DNA of 64,000 bases from Psammoneis japonica. Its lineage: Eukaryota. Shown here one piece after another: positions 38,869 through 50,570 of this stretch. The stretch spans positions 1 through 64,000 of the forward strand of contig QPGO01000086.1 of the NCBI GenBank assembly GCA_008632985.1, given 5' to 3'. Below the pieces are notes generated by a model. It ran no database searches. It was given only the letters and a program-made list of their open reading frames with translations, and had not been told where the DNA came from. The position numbers were made by a program, and so were the translations under genes. Position 1 is the stretch's first letter. Every line of letters begins with the position of its first letter.

Positions 38869-39374
38869 TGGTCACGAGTCCCAATTTCGCATGGCGTTTG
38901 TTCCGCCGCCGGGAAAGCGCTGTCGATTGGGTCATCAAAGCTTCCATCTGCCACCAACGTCGATTCGTTCGTTTCCACCAAAACGGTCACGTTGTTTGAC
39001 GTCTGAACGACACCTCCAGTCAATGTCAGACACACCCTGCGTTGCCACTAGCCGCCATTGTTCGATTGACAAGATGGCAGCCCATTTTGCTTCGCGGAAT
39101 CGATCTACGATCTCCAACGAGTTCCGAACTTGAAACCCCAACGTCCGTGTGTTTCAAACCAAACCCGGATCGAGTTCCTGCGACTCTCCAGTCCTTTGTC
39201 AATCAAGAACAGCTCCTCAAGTCACGTCACGGGTTGCTCATGTCGTGCCATTGATTGTTGCAATCGTTTGGCGCCGTTCTTCAAGCTCTGCGACTCGAAG
39301 TTCGTTCCATTGATCCATTGTCGAGTTGACTGCGTACATTTGGCACCACAGCTGGACAAAAGTTGTCTCTGCCA

Positions 39375-41687
39375 TGACGAACAATCCTCCTCTGCCCAAG
39401 ACTCCTGCCAGTCAGCCTCCGCCGCCTCCCACGGCACAACAAAACCAGTCGACAGGTGCTGCTGCACAACAGAACCAGTCGACGGGTGCCGCCGCTCAAC
39501 AGAACCAGTCCACCGGTGCCACCGCTCAACAGAACCAGTCTGCTGGTGCCACTGCTCAACAGTCGTCACGTTCCAACGTTCAGCACCCTCGTCCACCTCC
39601 GGTCCATGGTGGAATCCATCCGGAATGTGGTCGCTGCATGGGTGGATCACCGCTGGATGATGACTGCCATCTCAAGCTCAAGCGCACCTGTTGCTCTGCC
39701 AACCAGTCTCGGGACAAGAAGATTCTTCCTCACACAGAGCGCAATCTCCGAGATGCCCGAGATGGAGCCGACGTCGTCAAGTTCGACGGGAACCTGGAGA
39801 TTCCTGATGGCAAGACGAATGAGCTCGACAAGGAACACTTTGTTCAAGCAGTCCGCACGTTAGTGAATGAGCATGGATTGGAAAATTTTTTCGTCATGAA
39901 GTTGGACAAGAAGGTCGTTGACCTCTTCACTCACCTCCACAGCTTCGCCGTTGACGAGGTCATTGCAGAGCATGACGAATGCGCCAACAAGGCAACAGAC
40001 GATTCGGCACACGACGAACATGAGCACGACGATGTCAATCTTTCACATCTTGTCGTCGAGTCTCGCATCACTCACCAACTCTGCGAGAAGATTGAAACTC
40101 AGTTCGGTCATCGCGACCTCTTCCGTTGCCACCCTGGGCAAATCATTTTTGTGATGGCACTTGAGACTTGCAATGCCTCCACCGTGCATGATGTCGCTCA
40201 AGCTGCTGAAGACTTCGAGGATTTGACGCTTGACTCCTGTGCTGGCGAGGATGTTGCCGAGTTTGCCACCGAGGCTCTCCGTCTCACCAAGATCCTGCAA
40301 ACAGGATGCATGCTCCCCGTCTCTCTTGGGTCCGATCTCCTTCGGAAGTGCTCCAAGACCTCTGGCGAAGCGCTCAATCGAGCAATCTTTGCCCAGTTAG
40401 ACAAGGTGACGGCCATGGAACGCAAGCATCGTTTGATGGACCCAGCGCCACTTGCCAAGGACAAGGACTGCGGAACTCTTGGTCTGACTGCGTGCATCAC
40501 CTCTTCCTTCAGACGAGGCATCGTAACTTCGTCACCGATGAGGGCTGGCCCGGTCTCTCCACTGAACTCCCTCAGGGCAACCACACCTGGCGCAAGGGAG
40601 CTTGCAACGCTTGTGGTGCTCCAGACCACTGGGCCAATGACAAAAAGTGTCCCAAGCATGCGGAACGTCAGCACCTGAAGAAGCTTGCCCGCCAACAACG
40701 CAAGGGCCAACCGCCAGCAGGGACTCCACCCCCTCCCGGCACCATCACTCCAGCGAATGTGCCTGCGGACAAACAAGCGAAGTTCAAGGAGCTGTTGGCA
40801 AACGAGCCCCATCGCTGCACTCGTCCGGCTGATCTCAACCAGCCAGTCGTGAACAAGTGTGGTTCGACTGCTCACTTTTGCACCAAGTGCACGTGCCACC
40901 ACACTGGCATCAAGGGCCTCTGTGCTGGTCACAAGGATGGTGCCCATGCCAACAAGCCACCCAAGAAGGAACAGCCGGATGCCAACCTTGCTTCTGTGCT
41001 GATCCCGATTCCGGCGTGCCGGCTGGGCCACCCACTCAGACCACCGCCGATCCTGCATCTTCCAAGCCCGATCCATCGTCTGACAATGATGCTCCCCCCA
41101 TTTTGGAGGAGGAACCAGTCTGGACCAGGTTCTGTTGCTGTCCTGTCGAGGACGCATCCGGCAATGCTGCTCCCGTTGTGCGAGTCTCCGTCCTTCCCAG
41201 CCCCACCGTTGAGAGGGAGCAGCGCGCAATTTTGGTTGAGACGGTTGACCCGGAAGACGCTGACGATTTCAGCGATTGCTGCGACACTCACGACAATTTG
41301 GATTGGGATGATTCGGTCATCCTCTTTCCTGCTTCGATGTTCCCACCGGAGCCTTCTATCTTGGACAATCCGCCGCCTCCTGTTGAGTCTCCTGAGCTTG
41401 ACGACGAGTTCTACGACACGATCACTGAGCCTGCTCCGAATGTCCTTGACGTGGAACCTCAGCCCACTTCTTGCTGGCTCTGGTCCCTCCTCAAGATCCC
41501 AGTCTTTTGGTTCTCTGCTCTTCTTTGGGAAGGCATCCTGTGGCTGGTGGGTGCTGGTGGTGACCCGCCGCCGCCCTCGCGTTGCTGTCGCCATCTCAAG
41601 CGCAAGCCCACTCTTTTCAGTTGTCCGTGTCGTTGGGGCGTGATCTCCTGTGCAATTGCGCTTTGGCTCTCCATCTGTCTTGGCTGA
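39375..41687 (+). pseudogene. Copia gag-like ORF (frameshifted) with a 30-bp tandem repeat encoding QQNQSTGAAA
   Basis: ORFs 39326-40678, 40306-41643 and 40857-41687. CNACGAPDHWANDKKC knuckle-like motif. Four repeat units at ~39436-39560. Confidence 0.7.
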
Positions 41688-41711
41688 GCCCCGCCCCATC
41701 CTGGTGTTCCT

Positions 41712-44700
41712 TTGCAGTGCCTCTGCTCTCAGACCCACGCAGTTCTTCAAGCTCTTGACGAACGTGTCGTCTTGACCCCTGGCACCCTGCTGCAGCATCA
41801 CCATCTGAAGATCAAGCAGTTCCAGCATGAGGTCTTGGCACCAGAGGGAGCAACGCATGACATGACGACCTTGCCTTTCAAGCTTCACGAGTTGATCGAG
41901 GCCTGTGAGCTCAATGACTGCTTTGACACCTGTGAGGACCTGCCTGTCTTTCAAGAGTCCTTCTTTGATGCTGCTGCCTTTCGCGAGTTGGACTTCTCCA
42001 GTCCTGACATCTTTGGGATCTCTGAGTTGTGTCGAGCCCACCATGTGGTCGACTGCACCGAGTTCCAACCTTCTGTCGCGGAACTGGTTGCTCAAGCTGC
42101 TGGTGCGTCCCCTGCTTCCATTGGACAACCTGCTGCAGCTGCTGTCCAGGCTCTCACAGGAGCCACCCAAATGTCTCACCTGGCTGGGGACCCTGCCGTT
42201 CTCATGTCCGTCGGGCAGTCGTCACTGGAGGTCGTCTTCGATGCTGGCACCTTGCTTGCTGTCTCTCCAGATGAGGAGGACTTTGATGGCGAGATTGAAC
42301 TGCTGTCTGAGCCTCTCAAGCTTGGTGGGATGGCCAACGGCCTTCCCGTCGAGGGCGTTGGTGCTGTCTCTTGGTGCTTCCAGGCTGCCGATGGCAGTGA
42401 CGTCAATGTCCAGACTCGCTGCCATTGTGTCCCTCGTTCCAAGGTGCGCCTCCTGTCCCCTCAACGTCTCTTTCATCCTGCGGGCATTCGAGGCCATTTT
42501 TGGGGCGACAGTGAGATCTTCAAGATTTGTTTTTACGGCACACCCGAGATCCAAGTTCCGTGCGATGAGCGCTCAAACTTGCCGGTTGGTTGTGCATCTT
42601 GCGGCGCTGTGTTCACTCCTCAGGTCAATTTGAGCGCTGTTGCTGACACTGACAATCTCAATCTGTCCTCTGGGCAGAAGCTGCTCATGGATGTGCATGC
42701 TCGGTTTGGGCATCTCAACTTTCCATGCATCCAAGCTCTTCTCTGCCGGCCTCCTTTCACCGCTCTCAAGTTCGCATCTGCTTCCAAGTGTGACATCCCC
42801 AAATGCAATGCCTGCAAGCATGCCAAGGCTCACCGCCGTCCTGCTTGGGCCCAACGGAAGACTGCTGTCCCTGAACGCGATGGTGCACTCAAGGCTGGTC
42901 ATCTCCATCCAGGTCAGTCCGTGAGCATTGATCACTTCGAGTCGCGTCTGAAGGGTCGCACCTGCGATTCCCGTGGCAAACCCTCCTCCCAGCAGCATGT
43001 TGGCGGCTGTGTTTTCGTCAATCATGCCTCTGGGTTCATGCACACTGAGCATCAAGTTGGTTTCTCTGCAGTTGAGACGACACGGGCAAAACAAGGTTGT
43101 GAGCAGATGGCTCTGGGTCATGGTGTCGTCGTGCAGGAGCACCTTGCCGACAATGGTGCTTTCAAGGCCAACAAGTTTGTCACCCACATCCGCGAATCTC
43201 AGCAATGCATCCACTGTTGTGGAACGAACGCCCATCACCAGAACGGCATTGCGGAGCGGTCCATTCATTCCACATCCAACATGGTGCGAGCCATGATCCT
43301 CCGCGCGTCCATCCATTGGCGCGGTGGCATTGACAGCTCCTTGTGGCCCATGGCGGTCAACTGTGCCGACGCGTTCCAGCCCTAGGTGGGAGCTCGTAGT
43401 GCTGACGTGTGACAACAATAATTTTTATCATCCGTCGTATGTTTCGTACGTAGATTTCTACGTGTGATGATTAAAAAAAATTGTCCAGACTCGCTGTTTT
43501 GCGAAGCCCCAGACGTTTTATATAACAAATTTATAGAAACAATAATGCGCCAGTTACATTCTTCAATGTCTGAAGAATGTAACTGGCTAAGTAAAAAATG
43601 ATGTACTTCAATCATGTGCGAGTTTGTGCGTTCGCAAAATTGCCTCATTTTCTGTTGGCGATCATTGACATTTTAATTACCGTATAATTTTACTACGGAG
43701 CTCGCAGGTAGAAGTCTGCGGGCCCAATGTCACACGGATTCCCACCTGCGTCTGGAACGCGTCTGCCGCCCACATCTGCAACAACACTCCGGGATCAAAT
43801 GGACTTTGTCCTGCCGACATTTTCACCGGATCCACCGTCCCACGCCACCGTTTGCTCGATTTACATGCTTGGGGTTGTCCTGTCTGCGTCTTGGATCCCA
43901 AGTTGCAGCAAGGACAGAAATTGCCGTGTTGGCAACCACGATCACGGTGTGGTGTTTTTCTTGGCCTCAGCTTGGTTCGCACTGGCAAGGTTCCACTGGT
44001 CCTGAACTTGAATGCCAGGTCCATTGCTCCTCAGCATCATGTGGCATTCGACGATCTCTTTGCCACGGTCGCATTGATCGAGAGGGAGAGCAAGCCACCT
44101 GATCACTGGGAAGAGCTCTGTTTGGAGAGTGTCACCCAGATGCCACTGGATTCGAGCAACAAACAATTGTTCCTCCAAGACAATTGGCTCACTCCTGCAG
44201 AACTCCAGCAGAAACAGTGACATGAAGAACGTGAGCATCTCGTCAGGAACACATGTCAACAACAGCCTGCCGCTACGAAGTCTTCGAAGCCCATCGCTCC
44301 AGTCATCGAACCGCTGCCATCCACACGTCCCAACACATCCATGCCATCAAATTCAGATGACTTGCCATCGGCGCCACCCCAGGAACCGCCATTGCAGCCA
44401 CCGCAAAACCCCAGTCCATCAATGAGCGATTCTGAAGTTGGTCATGCACCGCCTCCCGCACATCCGCCACCTCAATCTGGCCCGGAGTCATCGGACATCC
44501 CAGTCCCGGCTCCTGATGTTCCAGTCCCATCCACGACTGAGCAGAACGTGCGTCGCTCACAAAGATCAAACAAAGGCAAGCGAGCTACAACTCGTTTTGC
44601 TGACGAAGTCCATTTGGCCTCAGTGGAGCCATTGGATGCTGGAGGACACCATTCCCAGCTCGCCTGTCTTGCTGAGATCCAGACCTGCTGTGACAGTGGA

Positions 44701-46393
44701 CAGTTGGATGTTCAAGACCCTCGTGTCTGCGCTGCAAAGGCCAAGAAGAATGACGATGCGCCAAACATGCGGGAAGCTCTCACAGGCAAATTCGCCGAGC
44801 AATGCGTCGAGGCCATGAAGACTGAAGTGGCCACGCTTGTTCATCGTAAAACTTGGAAATTTGTCAAGCGCGATTCATCTGTGAACACACTGAAATCAAC
44901 ATGGGCATTTAAGTTGAAATGCTTGCCCGACGGCACTCCGCTGAAATTCAAGGCTCAATTTTGTTGTCGTGGCGATTTGCAGCAAGAGGGAGTCGACCAC
45001 TTCAAGACTTGCGCTCCAGTGGTCCAGTGGTCGACTGTTCGTTTGCTGTTGAGTGCTGCATTGCAAGAAGGGTGGACAACTCGTCAAGTTGACTGCACAA
45101 ATGCGTTTGCACAAGCTGACATCACTGAAGACGTTTGTGTCGAACCTCCCAAGTGCTTTGGTCATCCTTCAGGTACGAACGTGGTTCTCAAGCCACTCAA
45201 GATGCTCCATGGGTTGAAACAAGCCCCGAAATGCTTCTGCAAAAAGCTTTGCGAAGGATTGCTTGAACGAGGGTGGATTCAGTCAGCTGTAGATCCATGT
45301 CCATTCTTCAAGGATGGTGTGATTTGTGTCGCATGCGTCGATGACACCATCCTCGCTGGTGCCAACGGAGACCTTCTGGAACGCGAGATTGCCGCTCCAG
45401 GAATTCAAAAGGAAGAACAACGTCACATTTTTGAGCTTCGTAATGAAGGAGAAGTTGGCGACTTCCTGGGTGTCAAGATTCGCAAGACCGGACCCAAGGA
45501 GTTTCTCCCAACTCAACCAGGTCTGACTGATGAGGTCCTCAAAGCTGCTGGCATGGAAGATTGTCGTCCTTCTCCCATGCCTTGCACTGCTTCTCCATGC
45601 CATGCTGATTCAGAGGGAGCCGATTTCGCTGAACCATGGGATTGCCGGTCCATTGTGGGGTGCTCATGTGCTTGTCGGCAAACTCCCGTCCCGATGTCAC
45701 GTGCGCCACCCATCAAGCCGCTCGCTTCTCCTGCGCTCCCAAACACTCTCATGCTGTTGCAGTGAAGCGCACTCTTCATCATCTTCAAGGTGCCAAGGAC
45801 AAGGGCCTCCATCTACGCCCTGACGACAACCAACGAGTTGATTGTTTCGTGGGTGCCGATCTTGCTGGACTCTGCGGTCATGAAAACTCCCAAGACCCCG
45901 TGAGTGTCAAGTCTCACACAGGACACGTCATTTTGCATTGCGACTGTCCCATTCTGTGGGTCTCCAAGCTGCAGATGCAGATTGCCCTCTCCACTGTGGA
46001 GGCAGAACATCTGGCACTGTCGGCTGGCATGCGCGACCTGATTCCCATCCGAGAAATTTTGAAAGAAATTCAGCATCACGCACTCGGGCACAAGAATGCT
46101 TCTACTCCCACTGCTGCCAAATCTGAAGCCTTTTCTGATGTGAAAGATGGCGCGATTCCTTCCTCCATCGTCTGCGAGGACAACCAAGCGTGCCTCAAGT
46201 TCGCGAAAATGGCGAAGATGTCTCCTCGCACCAAACACATTGGCATTCCCTGTCATTGGTTCCACACTAAAGTTGAAGCGCTCGAGATCGTCATTGAGCC
46301 TGCAGGAACCGACTCTCAGCTTGCAGATCAGTTTGCAAAGGGGTTGGTCCAAGCTCTGTTTGAATCCGGTCGGAAGAGTCTGTCTGGCTGGCA
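41712..46393 (+). pseudogene. Copia pol (PR-IN-RT-RH), inactivated
   Basis: Domain motifs with Tyr->Cys/His substitutions, a MITE inside IN, a frameshift near 45660, and the likely terminal LxGW* read as TGG CAG. Confidence 0.9.
43368..43763. mobile_element. 396-bp MITE, copy 2 (TA-rich, essentially unmutated), inside the Copia integrase
   Basis: TIRs GACGCGTTCCAGCCCTAGGTGGG and CCCACCTGCGTCTGGAACGCGTC. TSD TGCC at 43364-43367 and 43764-43767. Removing it restores SLWPMAVNCAAHICNNTP. Confidence 0.92.
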
Positions 46394-46402
46394 GCTCTGC
46401 GG

Positions 46403-46612
46403 TTGTCAATGTCATTTCAGACATTTCTGCATGTCACTTACATCATCAAGATTCAAATCTCTTCTCTTCTCACAAATTCGGTCATTGAGACCGACCCTCT
46501 TCAGTTTGCAATCACAATTTCTCCATGGAGAACTTTGACAACGACTTCTGCCACTCTGTTGCAACCTTGAGCTCTTGCTCTTTCTAACACAAGCTGCTTT
46601 GTCGCATCTTTA
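46403..46612 (+). repeat. 3' LTR (5' part and polypurine tract apparently missing)
   Basis: Colinear with 38661-38868 and begins ~10 bp after the end of RNase H. Confidence 0.85.
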
Positions 46613-46679
46613 GTCTGTGCTCTTCTTCACTCCGAACTTCTGGTGGTCTTTCAGCTCACATTGTCCTCCAAAGCCTTTC

Positions 46680-47720
46680 CATTCCAAATGTGAGATCAAT
46701 CATCCGTGGTGTCTCTGGGAACTCGGCTGATGGAAACCTTGCGGCGCTAATGGGTTCGAGTGGTGCAGGCAAAACTAAGGTGGACAGGACTGGGGGCACC
46801 CTCAAGGTGAACGGAATTGAGACTGAATTGACACGGTGCCGCAGCACTTTGTCCCACAGGAGAATGTCATGATTTGTGACCTTGCAGCTGCAGCGAACAT
46901 TCTGCACTCAGCATCAATGCACCTCCCGATCGACGGGTCAAATGAGAAGAAGCTCGCGCTTGTTGTCGACGAGACAATCGACTCCCTCGACATTGATCGT
47001 CTTTGTGATTACGTCGTCCGAGAAGAGAATCGCCGGGGGATCAGTTGTGGGCAGCGCAAGTGTGTCAACAATCTGTCGAGATGGGGATGAAGCCAAGTGT
47101 TCTTTGCCGCGACGAGCCAAATCTGGTGAGCTGGAATCGACTGCATCTCCAGCAGTTCGAGAAACTCAAATGATTTGCAAAATCGGGAAAAAGCGTCACA
47201 TGAGATTTTTCTCCTGTTTGAGATGCTCCCACTCCTTGGCAAGAGCGGCCGCACCTTGTGTTGCGGAAGTGCTCCACACATGAAAGAGTGCTTTGAAAAA
47301 CGAGGATTGCGGTTGCCACTGATGGCCAATCCTGCCGATTGCACATGGACAGAGAGTGGCTGTGTGCTCCTGCGAATCCGGGCTCTGTCTCTCTGGAGGT
47401 GGCTAAACGCACTGCTGAAAGCAAGAGAGAACAGAAGTGTCGGAAAGAGATTTCGGTAGAGTGTGCGTCGGTGTTCAAGCACATTTTGCCGATCTCTGCA
47501 AACACCTCTTTCGAGAGTCTGGCAAGGACAAAAGGGGTCATCAAGCAGCTCCCGGTGTGCTCACTCAGTTTCTTTTGCTTTTCGATAGATTCCCGAGTCT
47601 GCCGTTTTGTGCGATGGCATCCCAAGCACCTTGAGGACACAGATGGCTTCTGGCAGGGACATCTGAAAGAGAACGTGACCCGGTCAGATCGAATCCCATC
47701 CAATTCTGACCTCTGTGCAC
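46680..47720 (+). pseudogene. ABCG (White-type) transporter NBD pseudogene, 3' part
   Basis: IIRGVSG..ALMGSSGAGKT (Walker A), FVPQEN, RGISCGQRK (signature), and EIFLLF..LLGKSG..FEKRG..PLMANPAD. Multiple frameshifts. Confidence 0.85.
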
Positions 47721-47729
47721 TTCTTCTTG

Positions 47730-48800
47730 CTTGTCATGTCCCACCTCTCTGTGTGTTCTTTTTGGCGAATGCACACACTCTGTGATCTTCAGAGAAACAC
47801 GGCATCTGGTGAAATCGTGACAGCACATTGGGCTGCAAACACCCAGGAAACATTTCATTGAATCCGGTGTTTTCAGCTGCGTTCGTTCTCATCGGATGCA
47901 CGAGTCCGGATTGGTTCCTTCAGAGCAATGGCACTTGCTGTGTGTTCTCTTCGTGGATGTCATTGGCTTCTGCGGGTTTGGAATGCTCACAAGGCTGGTG
48001 GTTGACAAGCTGTGGTGCTGCACTCCTTGCAATTGAGTTTGGTGCAATTGTCACTGCAATCTTTTTAGGGACCGCTGCACACAGAGCACCACCATCAGCT
48101 GTGCATTCTTCATCTTTTGGAGCACTCAAGGGCTCGCAGTTAAGGAGCATCAGGAGAACAGCCACTTGTGCGCTTTCGACATGGACCAACAGAACGCGAG
48201 CTGTGGATCCGGCAGAAGCAATCGCTCGAGTCGACAGTTGTGAGGATCAGAGCATCTTCAGCACATCTTTTCAACAAGATTCTCCGTTTTTCTGCTTCTC
48301 ACAATTTCGATCATCTGGTGCAATCAATGCTTGCAGCAGCAGCTAGAACAAACACAACATCTTAAAATTGTTGGTGATTCTGCTCTCTACATTTGACCAA
48401 TCGTCGAATCCCAGCACTCTCAGCAGATGCTCATTTCAGTGCTGTTCCTGCCGTGTGCCATGGAACTTCCCAAAACATCTCTTTCTTCAAACTGTTTCGG
48501 CATCAAAGTGCATTCGGTGGATGGGCCCAATCATGTTTGTCGTGCACCTTCCTCTTCAATGTGTGGCTCATTCGTTGTCGACATTCGGGCACGGTGTCGT
48601 TGTTGCTTTTTGAGTGCTCTTTTGACACCATTGACTGTCCTTCACACTGACAAAATGCAAATCCTCATCCTGGAATCCACGTTTACATCCACACGGGAAA
48701 GTGTGCCTCAAGATTGGCAGCAACATCCACCAGACAGTTGTGAATTGCCGAAGCACTGGTGTTGGTCTTGTTTGGAACCAGATGGCTGTGGAACAAAGCG
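47730..48800. repeat. Unclassified dispersed repeat A, copy 2
   Basis: Homologous to 33867-34860. Confidence 0.7.
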
Positions 48801-48915
48801 GCTTCGAACACTGCCGGTGGTAGATAGAGCGGTAAAAAAATGTTCATTCGTCCTGGTTTACGCATCCTCATCACAAACTAATTCACGTCGTCGAGCGACT
48901 CTAATGTTGTGCAAC

Positions 48916-49965
48916 TCAATTCTCGAAGTCAACCCACCAAATCTCATGCTGAAACGGATCGTCCGAGCCGCCCTGGTCTTCAAAGACAGCCGAGAAATGA
49001 TCGCATTGTCCCGGGTCTTTTGAAGCTTCAACACCGACTTTGTCAATGCAATGTTCACCATTGCCAAAGTTCAAGTCAAAGCCAGTCACAACGCTCCTGC
49101 ACGTCGGCAAACCAGCAAACCTAAAACCACATTGGGACACAGCAACATCACCTCGTTCCGGTCCAAAAGATCCGGAATGAGCAACCTTGTCACTCGGGAC
49201 AAGAGCATGCCGGATGTGCCATTCAAAGGGATCATCCCTGCCATTGTCTTCCAAGCAAACTTGAATCGTCGGCGAGGACTGGTCATCACTGACGCGAACC
49301 CGAATGTGGTCGATGTTGTTGTCGACGTCTGCACCTGCGCACCAAACCTCGAATCCTTGAAGAACACAGTGGCGCCCCGGAGAGTGGAATTTCGATGATG
49401 AGAAGCACCCTTTGTGGGGCCCACCAATGTCCCACGAGCCAATGTCCTGGTGCCTTGTTCCTTCAGGCATTGCCACTGCACGAACGTCGCAGCAGCACGG
49501 ATCGTCACCACTCTTGTCGGCAAAACGAGTCTCAACATGATGAGTGTGAGGCCAAATGCCCAATCCCCTAAAGCTCCTGTCGTTGTGAACGTTGTCAAGA
49601 GTGAAGCAACTGAAACTGGGCTTTCTGGCGAAGCTTCCGCCGATCCAATCGGATTTGCCCTGCCATCCTGTGGCATTTCCTTTCCCCGTCAATGGCTGCG
49701 ACGGATCCTTGCAGTTGAAAGGAGCATGGACACCACAATCCCAGCGGCTGTTTTCGTCGCAGGTGTTTTCACAGCAGTCGCCACCGTCACATCCACACTC
49801 TGGGACATTGCAGTTCTCAAGGTTCGAGTCGCTGCTGTCACACCAACCATCGCCCACATGGCTGGGCGTTTCAGTGTGGCACCTGGGATGTCCAGGAACT
49901 TGTTGCCCACTCGAGAGCTTGAGCACCACCAAGAGTGCGCCAGTGATGACTTGACCAATCTTCAT
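48916..49965 (-). pseudogene. Secreted LNR/Notch-like-domain protein gene with an open frame but no Tyr codons
   Basis: Signal peptide and GDGWCD...NCNVPECGCDGGDCC, where the consensus has N-Y-N and G-Y-DGGDCC. No Tyr in 349 aa. Confidence 0.7.
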
Positions 49966-50159
49966 TGTTCAGCATGCCTTCAAACGATTTGTGGCGATGG
50001 TCGCCAGGTTTTGATTTCATCATTGCAGCATTCTTGCCGCGGTCTCTTGACTCTTGAGTCTTGGGTCGAACGCACTTTCGCAAATCTCTTTTTACGGACA
50101 TTGCGGTGGTGAGCATTGTTCGCGCTTCACTTGTCTTTGGACAAGCTCCATTTGTCCAT

Positions 50160-50520
50160 GGACAAACACAGCCGTTGAACAAATGAATTGCTTGTTGGAC
50201 AAATTCAATTAACAAATGGGCAGCAAACATTCTTCGTGCTTTTTAATTGTGCACAGACAGCAGAGCGTTCGGCCAAATCAGCGCTGGTCATTCAAAAACA
50301 TGAAAATGTCCAAGAAATAAAAACAAACACCACTTGATGACGGCACATGATGTCAGGCAGCTTTTTTCATCTGTGGACAACCACAGCCTTCAAACAAATG
50401 AATTGCTTGTTGGACAAATTCAATTGGCAAACGGGCAGCAATGTTCCTCGTGCTTTAATTGTGCACACACAGAGCGTTCGGCCAAATCAGCGTGAGTCAT
50501 TCGAAAACATAAAAATGTCT
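50160..50520. repeat. Local ~150-bp diverged direct duplication
   Basis: AACAAATGAATTGCTTGTTGGACAAATTCAATT...CAGAGCGTTCGGCCAAATCAGCG occurs twice, at ~50178 and ~50393. Confidence 0.75.
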
Positions 50521-50570
50521 ACAAAAAAATGAATGCTGCGGTGCGATGGGGCCCCACATGATGATGTCAA

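Larger units (their letters stand above)
38661..46612 (+). mobile_element. Ty1/Copia LTR retrotransposon (CoDi-like), hypermutated
   Basis: Direct terminal repeats plus gag, PR (VVFDAG), GAG-pre-integrase (HARFGH..CNAC), IN (HQNGIAER), RT (FKAQFCCRGDLQ, LHGLKQAP, CVDD) and RNase H (ADLAG, EAEH, EDNQAC, QLADQFAK) in Copia order. Confidence 0.95.

Noticed and set aside
38661..46612. Alternative genetic code (TGY/CAY read as Tyr) or RNA re-editing as the explanation for missing Tyr
   Set aside because: Neighbouring genes use TAY normally, and the same changes hit non-coding DNA, LTRs and TSDs.
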